Part shown: positions 57,790 through 64,000 of the stretch, one piece after another | Position numbering within the stretch: position 1 is the first letter of the stretch | Layout of the letters: each line of letters opens with the position of its first letter | Source of the DNA: Phycisphaerales bacterium | GTDB taxonomy: Bacteria > Planctomycetota > Phycisphaerae > Phycisphaerales > UBA1924 | Length of the DNA: 64,000 nt | Direction: 5' to 3' | Assembly (NCBI GenBank): GCA_050174775.1 | Contig: JBFXJP010000005.1 | Location: forward strand, 146,135-210,134 | The notes under the pieces: generated by a model | The model's database searches: none | What the model saw: the letters and a program-made list of their open reading frames with translations, nothing else | What the model was told of the DNA's origin: nothing | Made by a program: the position numbers and the translations under genes

Positions 57790-57829
57790 CGCCGCCATGG
57801 GACACCCCCCGTGGCGGCGTTTTTCTTTC
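57790..57829 (+). terminator. Strong rho-independent terminator
   Basis: 11-bp stem CGCCGCCATGG/CCGTGGCGGCG (57790-57800 and 57809-57819, one G-U pair). 8-nt loop, then TTTTTCTTT. Confidence 0.7.
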
Positions 57830-57943
57830 GCGCACGGCGCGAGGCTCGAGAGAGCCGCGAAATGCAGCGGCGTGGACGGCCGCACGTGCGCCGGCCGTAT
57901 GATGCACCGCGTCTTCGGGTTGTATTCTCGAGGGGTATCCGCA

Positions 57944-58720
57944 ATGACCGCTGCGCGAATCTTCGCGATCTGCATCGCCCTCCTCGGCGTCATCCTCGCC
58001 GGGCGTGCGCTGCTCCCCACGAGCCGTGCGACACACCACCCGCAAACGCCCGCGCCGACACCTTCCGGCGACCCCGAGGCTGCGGACGAATCACGACATC
58101 CCCCTTCGCTTCCCGAGTGGGATGCGCTCTCGTTCTCCTCGGCTCGCGCGGACGACGCCATCGCCTCGCTCTCCGCCGCGCTCGACGAGGATGCGCGTTG
58201 GGTGCAAGTCGATCTCCCGAACGACGCGCGCAGCGATCTCCGCGAGCGATTTCTCCGGCGAGTCTCGTACGTGCTTCGCGCGAGCGAGGACGATCGTCTC
58301 GCCGCCGCGTTGGCCGAGCGCGCGACGCGCACCGATGCTCCGGATGGTCTCTCCCCCGAGTCGATCGAACGCTGCGGCCGATGGCCGCAGGTCTGGGCCG
58401 ATGCGCCCATCGACGCTTCCAACATCCGCGTACGCATCCTCGACGTCTCGTCCGGCGCCGCGATGCGTGCGGCCTCCACGCCCGCGGTGACCAGCTCTCC
58501 GCTCAGCGCGGCGTACGGCGAGCCCGCGCAACCGAAGCGCCTCTACGAAATCATCGTTCCCATCAGGCCGCGCACCGCTCCCGATGAATCACGTCGCATC
58601 CCCGCGTTCCTCGGCGTTGCGTACGAGCGCACGGCGCAGAACACGTGGCGTCCGCATCGCATCTCCGTCTACACGCATGAGCACCCCGGCGGACGCCCGC
58701 TGATCGCACCCCCGATGTGA
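57944..58720 (+). CDS. Membrane-anchored protein, function unknown
   Basis: Start MTAARIFAICIALLGVILAG (TM), downstream of the terminator. Lies 6 nt before the pseudopilin gene. Confidence 0.5.
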   Translation: MTAARIFAICIALLGVILAGRALLPTSRATHHPQTPAPTPSGDPEAADESRHPPSLPEWDALSFSSARADDAIASLSAALDEDARWVQVDLPNDARSDLRERFLRRVSYVLRASEDDRLAAALAERATRTDAPDGLSPESIERCGRWPQVWADAPIDASNIRVRILDVSSGAAMRAASTPAVTSSPLSAAYGEPAQPKRLYEIIVPIRPRTAPDESRRIPAFLGVAYERTAQNTWRPHRISVYTHEHPGGRPLIAPPM

Positions 58721-58726
58721 CGCATC

Positions 58727-59485
58727 ATGAAACGCGCACGCCACAACGTGTCTCGCGCTTTCACCATCAGCGAGCTTCTCGTCTCGATCGGCGTCATCGG
58801 CGTGCTCATCGCCATCACGCTCCCCGCGCTGCGTTCGAGCCGTGCCGTCACGGGCGCCACGGCCTCGCTTGCCAACCTGCGCTCGCTCGGGCAATCCCTC
58901 CAACTCTCCACGCAACGTAACAACGAGCGTTTCCCGTTCCCCCCTCGACGTGGAGAGAGTTGGGGCCCGCTGTATTGGGAGCCTCCGCACCCGAACGCGG
59001 CCCAGCACTTCTACGGAGACGTCTGGTACTACGGTCGCTTCTTCTGGCCCGCGCTGCTGCACGACGTGGCGCCCTGGCCCGAGCACTACGCATCATGGCT
59101 CTCGCCCAACTACCAGGCTCCCGACGGAGACAACCCGCTCTGGGAGCGTGTGCCGATCGTGTCGTACTTCTATTCGACGGCGTTCTACGCGGCGCCGAGA
59201 GTGTGGGACGTGTCGCTCCGTGCGAACGTCACCGCGCACGACATTGCGCAGCAGCCCGTTTCGGTCGTCTCCTTCCCGAGCGCGAAGGTGATCGCGTATG
59301 ACCGTGATCGCTCGTACATCACGAGGATGACGCCCGACGCGCAGCGCCCCGTGCTCTTTGTCGACGGCAGCGCATCGCTGCGGCTGGATCGTGACGCCGC
59401 GGAGCCCGTGCAGAACCCGTTGAGCGCTGATTCTCCCGCGCGCTATCACGACACCCCGCTCGGCGCCGCGGGGCGCGACTTCTGA
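58727..59485 (+). CDS. Prepilin-type N-terminal cleavage/methylation protein (DUF1559, H-X9-DG family)
   Basis: N-terminus RAFTISELLVSIGVIGVLIAITLPAL. C-terminal VLFVDGSASL (DG motif). Confidence 0.8.
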   Translation: MKRARHNVSRAFTISELLVSIGVIGVLIAITLPALRSSRAVTGATASLANLRSLGQSLQLSTQRNNERFPFPPRRGESWGPLYWEPPHPNAAQHFYGDVWYYGRFFWPALLHDVAPWPEHYASWLSPNYQAPDGDNPLWERVPIVSYFYSTAFYAAPRVWDVSLRANVTAHDIAQQPVSVVSFPSAKVIAYDRDRSYITRMTPDAQRPVLFVDGSASLRLDRDAAEPVQNPLSADSPARYHDTPLGAAGRDF

Positions 59486-59826
59486 ACACACCGATCTCGT
59501 TCCCACTCCTTCCCGAATCCCCAGGCCGCCGACGGTGGTCGTGCCGGCGACCCGGAGTCATGCCCCCGGGTCCAACGGAACACCTGACCGGCGCGGCACA
59601 GACGCCGCGCATGCGAGCGGGGCTCGCCGGCTTCGGCGCTTCCTGCGGCCGAAGACTGGGCGAACGTGCCCACACATCTTCTTTCGTCGAAAGCGGGTCG
59701 CGGCGATTTCATTTCACACCCACGCCCGCAACTCATCTTCTCCCCAAGGCCAAAGCGGCATCGGCGCGGAGGACTCACGCGGGTTTTCACCTTTTTTTCC
59801 GGTTCTCTCGGGAGACCCGAACGCCC

Positions 59827-60666
59827 TCAGAACATCGGGCGCTTCGGTCGCTGCTCGGGGCCCACGGAGCGGATGACCCGGACCGCGACGTAGAGCCCGG
59901 CCACTTCTTCGCGGTGCACGACGCGCGGGCCGTAGCGGGAGTTGAGGGGCTGGAGTCTGATCCGCACGGCCTCGTCGCCTTCGCGCTCGAAATACACGCG
60001 TTTGAAGGTGGTTTCGGCGTCGCGTTCGAGCCGGACGAAGCAGTCGTCGCCGTCGACGGCGCTGAGTTCGGGGCTGAAGACGACGATGTCGCCCTCTGCG
60101 TACTGGGGGGACATGGAGTCGCCGACGACTCGGGCGCCGAAGGCGTCGGGGTCGGAGACGTCGGGGACGCGCACGTGATCGTCCGCAACTCGTGCGGGAT
60201 AGCCAAGATCGGTGAATTCGCGCGGGTAGCCGGCGGCCACGGAGTTGATGACGGGGACGTGGATGGGGAGGCCGACGAGCTCGACGTTGGTGCGCGGCGC
60301 GGCGCCTGAGAGGCGGTCGACCAGGGACTGGAGTTCGCCGGACTGCCAGACGTCGTCAAGTGATTGGGAGCGAACGAGTTCGGCGAGCCGGCGGCCGGCG
60401 TTGCTCGCCTCGGCCATCTCGCGCATCTCGGCCCGGACGGGCTCGGGCATCGACTCGAAACTAGCCATTTTCACGAGGATTCCGGGCTCCAGACGGAGGG
60501 CTTCCTCGAGGCGTGCGAGCAGCGAGGGGGAGGGGGCGCCGGTGGTTTTGCCGTTCTCGATCTGGGAGAGGTAGGACTTGTGACACCGAACCGTGTCGGC
60601 GAGCGCCTGCAGGGTCATTTCCCGCGCTGTTCTGTGGTTCCTCAAGAATTGGCCGAGACGCTTCAT
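59827..60666 (-). CDS. CI/LexA-like autocleavable repressor (HTH_XRE plus S24 peptidase)
   Basis: HTH is LQALADTVRCHKSYLSQIENGK. Cleavage-site motif is NSVAAGYP (Ala-Gly). Ser is in VVGDSMSP and Lys in TFKRVY. ATG preceded by CACAGGAGC. Confidence 0.85.
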   Translation of the reverse strand: MKRLGQFLRNHRTAREMTLQALADTVRCHKSYLSQIENGKTTGAPSPSLLARLEEALRLEPGILVKMASFESMPEPVRAEMREMAEASNAGRRLAELVRSQSLDDVWQSGELQSLVDRLSGAAPRTNVELVGLPIHVPVINSVAAGYPREFTDLGYPARVADDHVRVPDVSDPDAFGARVVGDSMSPQYAEGDIVVFSPELSAVDGDDCFVRLERDAETTFKRVYFEREGDEAVRIRLQPLNSRYGPRVVHREEVAGLYVAVRVIRSVGPEQRPKRPMF

Positions 60667-60785
60667 CGCCCGCTCCTGTGCGCCGTTTCCTGGTGATACC
60701 AAACAAACACCTTGCAAACAAGACTGTATCCGATAAAACTCCGAACATCGAGTTGAGCGATCAATAGACGAGCGGCTTATCCAGA
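60667..60785. promoter_or_regulatory. Divergent promoter/operator region of the repressor switch
   Basis: Lower-GC spacer. Contains TTGCAA-16 nt-TAAAAC (60712-60739, plus strand), CAAACAA direct repeats at 60700-60706 and 60715-60721, and a GATAC/GTATC inverted pair at 60695-60699 and 60726-60730. Confidence 0.4.
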
Positions 60786-61274
60786 ATGAGACGGGAGGGC
60801 GCCATGGTCGGAGGACAGGCGATCGGGATGCGGGCGGGTCGGAGCGCGGTGCGGGAGCTGGATCGGATCGATCCGGATCGGGTGGCGGACCTTCGTCGGA
60901 GGCATGGTCGGGAGGAGACGGAGCGGGTGTTGGCGTTGGCGGAGCACGTGGGTGCGGAGGAGCGGGCGCTGCTGCGCGCGGTGTTCGAGGGAGGGGTGTC
61001 GGTGGGGGAGTTGGCGCGGGTGAGGGGGTGTCCGGTGCGGACGTTGCGGCGCGAGGTGCGCGGTCTGGTGAGGAGGGTGACGGACCCGCGGTTCGTGTTC
61101 GTGCTGTCGAGGCGTGAGGGGTGGGGGGCTGGTCGGAGGAAGGTGGCGAGCGCGTGCGTGTTGCAGGGGTTGAGTCTGCGGGAGGCCGCGCGGGAGGCGG
61201 GGCTGACGCTGCACACGGTGCGTCGGCACATGGGGGCGATCGAGGCGTTGTTTGATGCGGAGAGCGCGGCGTGA
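60786..61274 (+). CDS. Regulator with two sigma-70 region-4/LuxR-like HTH units
   Basis: VSVGELARVRGCPVRTLRREVRGLVRRV and LSLREAAREAGLTLHTVRRHMGAIEAL. Start codon uncertain. Confidence 0.55.
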   Translation: MRREGAMVGGQAIGMRAGRSAVRELDRIDPDRVADLRRRHGREETERVLALAEHVGAEERALLRAVFEGGVSVGELARVRGCPVRTLRREVRGLVRRVTDPRFVFVLSRREGWGAGRRKVASACVLQGLSLREAAREAGLTLHTVRRHMGAIEALFDAESAA

Positions 61275-62593
61275 GTGAGCGGGTGTTGCGAGCGTGCGCG
61301 ATGTTCGGGCTGCCGCCTGAGGAGGCGCGCGAGGCGGCGAGGGAAGCGGTGCGCGCGGGGAGGGAGATCTCGGCGCGAGGGGGGACGATCACGCTGCTGA
61401 CGGGGGCGAGCGGCTCGGGGAAGACGAGCGCGCTGCGGAGCGCGGTGGAGCAGTGGCGCGCGGAGGGGCGGATGGTGATCGAGGCGCGGCCGGCGTCGAG
61501 GCGCGCGTGGCGGCGCGCGTGCGTCGAACTGGTGGGGGAAGGGGAGGGAGAGGAGGGGGTGGCGCGCGCGATGCGGAGGCTGTCGCAGGTGGGGCTGGGC
61601 GAGGCGCGGTGCTTCGTGCGGAGCGCGCGGGAGTTGTCGGAGGGGCAGCGGGAACGGCTATGGCTTGGGATGGCGCTGGAGCGCGCGGCGCGGACGGCGG
61701 GGAGCGTGATCGTGGTGGATGAGTTTCTCGCGCGGTTGGATCGGGTGACCGCGCGGGTGACGGCGCGGTGCTTCGCGCGGGCGGTGCGTCAGGAGGGGGT
61801 GAGCGCGGTGGTGGCCACGGCGCACGATGACCTGGAGGAGGCGCTGGGGGCGGACGAGGTGGTGCGGTTCGGGTTGGATGGAGGGGTGCGTGTGACGCGG
61901 GGGGCGGGGGAGAGCGCGGCGCTGGAGGTGGAGTACGGGGAGGCGGAGTGGGAGGAGTGCGCCGGGTTGTTGCGGTTTCACTATCGCGGCGCGCGGCCGG
62001 CGATGGTGGCGCGGGTGATGGCGGCGCGCGTGGAGGGAGAGGTGGTGGGGGCGTTGATCGTGGCGATGCCGACGTTGAACGGGGTGTGGAGGCGGCTGGC
62101 GTGGGGTGATCGGTATTCGAGCGGGGATCGGCGGGAGTGCGCGCGGCGGCTGAACGCGGAGGTGCGGCGGATCTCGCGGGTGGTGGTTGATCCGCGGTGG
62201 CGGGGCGTGGGGATCGCGAAGGGGCTGGTGCGCGCGTATCTGGATGCGCCGCTGACGGCGCGGACGGAGGCGGTGGCGGCGATGGGGGCGGTGTGCCCGT
62301 TCTTCGAGCGCGCGGGGATGCGTGCGCATCGGGCGCCGGCGGGGCATCGGGATGCGCGGCTGCTGGACGTGTTTGCGCATCTCGGGGTGCGTGAGTGGGA
62401 GACGTGTGACGGCGCGCGTGTGCTGCGGGCGGCGCGGGAGCGCGGGCTGGAGGCGTGGCTGGAGTGGGAGTTGGAGCGGTGGGTGGGCGACGGGAGGGGG
62501 AGGGAGACGTGTCGAGGCTTGGGCGTGGAGGGGCTGGCGCGGGAGGCGTGTCGGCGGGTGTCGGCGGAGCAGGTGGCGTACACGGATGGATGA
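61271..62593 (+). CDS. ABC-type ATPase fused to GNAT acetyltransferase
   Basis: Walker A GASGSGKTS, signature-like LSEGQRERL, Walker B VIVVDEF and ATAHD, then GNAT motif A RVVVDPRWRGVGIAKGLV. The GTG start overlaps the upstream stop (GTGA). Confidence 0.7.
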   Translation: MSERVLRACAMFGLPPEEAREAAREAVRAGREISARGGTITLLTGASGSGKTSALRSAVEQWRAEGRMVIEARPASRRAWRRACVELVGEGEGEEGVARAMRRLSQVGLGEARCFVRSARELSEGQRERLWLGMALERAARTAGSVIVVDEFLARLDRVTARVTARCFARAVRQEGVSAVVATAHDDLEEALGADEVVRFGLDGGVRVTRGAGESAALEVEYGEAEWEECAGLLRFHYRGARPAMVARVMAARVEGEVVGALIVAMPTLNGVWRRLAWGDRYSSGDRRECARRLNAEVRRISRVVVDPRWRGVGIAKGLVRAYLDAPLTARTEAVAAMGAVCPFFERAGMRAHRAPAGHRDARLLDVFAHLGVREWETCDGARVLRAARERGLEAWLEWELERWVGDGRGRETCRGLGVEGLAREACRRVSAEQVAYTDG

Positions 62594-62794
62594 ATGGAAA
62601 GGAGGCGCGAGGTGCGGCGGGGAACACAGGGCGGGGAATTGTTGTCGTCGTTGACGGTGTTTGTGACGGCGGCGGAGCGGCGGGAGGCGTTGGAGGTGAT
62701 GCGTCGTTTCGATCGGGAGCGTGGGAGGGCGTTCATGGGGATGGCGCGTGCGGCGGCGACGGTGCGTGCGGCGCGGAAGGGGGGGAGGGCGTGA
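62594..62794 (+). CDS. Small basic protein (66 aa)
   Basis: ATG directly abuts the upstream stop. Its own stop overlaps the next ATG (TGATG). No domain recognised. Confidence 0.4.
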   Translation: MERRREVRRGTQGGELLSSLTVFVTAAERREALEVMRRFDRERGRAFMGMARAAATVRAARKGGRA

Positions 62795-63243
62795 TGGGCG
62801 CGAAGCGTGGCGTGGTGGTGGATGCGGACGTGCGGAGCGGTCGGGTGTTGCGGGACGTGTATTCGCTGGTGCGCGAGGCGCCGCAGATCGCGGAGCGTCA
62901 CGGGATGACGTTGCGGGAGCTGGCGTCGTGGGCGAGTTCGGAGGAGGAGCGGAGGACGGTGGAGGGGTTGTGTCGATTTGAGGATGCGCGTGCGGAGTTG
63001 TTGTTGCGGCGTGCGCGGGTGAGCGCGGCGCGGCGGTTGTTGCGGCTTTCGCTGGAGGCGTCTTCGGAGGAGACGAGGCGGAAGGCGTGCGTGGACCTGT
63101 TGCGGATCGGGTCGTCGTCGGGGTTGCGGCGTGTGCGTGAGGAGGAGGAGGAGGGGGAGAGCGGGATGGAGGTGTTGCAGGACGGGCCGGAGGCCGAGGT
63201 GATTCGGGAGACGTTGGAGCGTCGGGGCGCGCAGAGCGCGTGA
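62794..63243 (+). CDS. Candidate small terminase subunit (149 aa)
   Basis: Call rests on position immediately upstream of the TerL-like gene and on a helical N-terminus with an HTH-like segment (IAERHGMTLRELASW). An acidic tail is present. Assignment is positional only. Confidence 0.4.
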   Translation: MGAKRGVVVDADVRSGRVLRDVYSLVREAPQIAERHGMTLRELASWASSEEERRTVEGLCRFEDARAELLLRRARVSAARRLLRLSLEASSEETRRKACVDLLRIGSSSGLRRVREEEEEGESGMEVLQDGPEAEVIRETLERRGAQSA

Positions 63244-63258
63244 GGGAGGGGGTGGGTG

Positions 63259-64000
63259 ATGGCGGGAGGGAGGGTGGTGTCGAGGCGCGCGTTGTTGGGC
63301 GTGCGGCCGAGGACGGAGAACCAGTTGTGGGAGTGGCTGCGTCTGGTGCTGGACGTGGAGGCGTCGCGGCGCGCGTTGGTGGAGGGGAGTGATGCGCCGT
63401 TTTCGTACGTGGCGCACGCGTTCTTCGAGGAGCGTGGCGAGCGGGACGTGGTGGTGTGGGCGAATCGGGGCGGGGGGAAGACGTTCTATGGCGCGGTGGC
63501 GACGGTGTTGGACCTGGTGTTCAAGCCGGGGATCGAGGTGCGCGTGCTTGCGGGGAGCGTGGAGCAGGGGCAGCGGATGCACGGGCACGTGCGGAGGTTG
63601 TTTGAGCGGGAGCGGCTGCGCGGGTTGGTGGACGGGAAGCCGACGGGGAGGAGTTTGCGGCTGACGAACGGGAGTGTGGTGGAGGTGAGCGCGGCTTCGG
63701 AGTCGTCGGTGCGGGGGGCGAGGCCGGTGAAGATGCGGTGTGACGAGGTGGAGTTGTTTGATCCGGAGATCTGGGCGGCGGCGCAGCTGGCGCCGAGGAG
63801 CAGGAGGTGTGGTGGTGTGTGGGCGAAGGCGGGTGTTGAGGCGTTGAGCACGATGCATCGGCCGTGGGGGTTGATGCACGAGTTGACGGGGGACCTGGAG
63901 CGGAAGCAGTTTCGGTGGGGGGTGGTGGATGTGTTGTCGAGGTGCGCGTCAGCGCGGGAGTGTTCGTCGTGCGCGTTGTGGGAGGAGTGTGGGGGGAGAG
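63259..64000 (+). CDS. Large terminase subunit, N-terminal ATPase part (partial, runs off the window)
   Basis: I translated this frame by hand; it has no stop through 64000. Walker A VVWANRGGGKTF, Walker B KMRCDEVELF and a following STMH coupling-like motif. Not in the ORF track because it lacks a stop. Confidence 0.75.
   Translation, partial: MAGGRVVSRRALLGVRPRTENQLWEWLRLVLDVEASRRALVEGSDAPFSYVAHAFFEERGERDVVVWANRGGGKTFYGAVATVLDLVFKPGIEVRVLAGSVEQGQRMHGHVRRLFERERLRGLVDGKPTGRSLRLTNGSVVEVSAASESSVRGARPVKMRCDEVELFDPEIWAAAQLAPRSRRCGGVWAKAGVEALSTMHRPWGLMHELTGDLERKQFRWGVVDVLSRCASARECSSCALWEECGGR

Larger units (their letters stand above)
59827..64000 (+). mobile_element. Phage-like regulatory and packaging module (continues beyond the window)
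   Basis: CI/LexA-like repressor divergent from an operon ending in small- and large-terminase-like genes. Confidence 0.6.

Noticed and set aside
57350-57830. Tested the structured intergenic unit against known RNAs by eye
   Set aside because: There is no RNase P P4 motif (GGAAAGUCCGG) on either strand. There is no tmRNA-like GGGG... 5' end, T-arm or G3-U70 acceptor; CCCACCA at 57716-57722 lacks a matching 5' strand. There is no SRP GGAAG/AGCAG motif. GUCAGGCGACCUGG (57690-57703) resembles a B12 box, but the other cobalamin-riboswitch elements are missing or in the wrong order. It therefore stays unnamed.
49746-59833. Shared 9-mer CCTCAGAAC (49746-49754 and 59825-59833) with a nearby GAACGCC, considered as possible att-like direct repeats
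   Set aside because: The match is too short to be significant in these search spaces. The right copy overlaps the repressor stop codon and C-terminal coding sequence.
61389-63879. 412-aa and 632-aa minus-strand ORFs over the ABC-GNAT/terminase operon
   Set aside because: Their composition is Pro/Arg/Ala/His shadow-like. The plus-strand frames carry Walker and GNAT motifs and coupled start/stop junctions.

Overview
This is a very GC-rich bacterial chromosomal segment (about 70% by eye, not computed). All calls come from reading the ORF translations and the DNA; no searches were run. The gene content suggests Planctomycetota, possibly Phycisphaerae-like (inference). Supporting genes are an H-X9-DG/DUF1559-type pseudopilin, PEP-CTERM-like anchors, an ECF sigma plus Ser/Thr kinase pair, a BatA-N/vWA giant protein, several DinB paralogues and scattered nuo genes. 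From 1 to 49.7 kb the window carries housekeeping and envelope genes: nuoD/E/F interleaved with unrelated genes, tag, pyrE, an orphan DNA methyltransferase, HtrA-type proteases, GH57, atoE-like, plsY, trpD, ubiX plus a UbiA-family gene, and many secreted proteins without assignable function. From 49.8 to 64 kb the content is phage-derived and unusual. A tail-less head-morphogenesis cassette (frameshifted portal, scaffold, capsid, small ORFs) lies on the minus strand between a PilZ gene and a flgM-like gene. After a block of host-like envelope genes and a roughly 400-nt structured non-coding unit comes an SOS-type CI/LexA-like repressor. It is divergent from a translationally coupled operon: dual-HTH protein, ABC-ATPase::GNAT fusion, two small ORFs, then a large terminase that runs off the window. 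I saw no rRNA, tRNA or CRISPR array. Most of the very long ORFs in the track (500-1200 aa, Arg/Pro/Ala/His-rich) are antisense shadows of the real genes.
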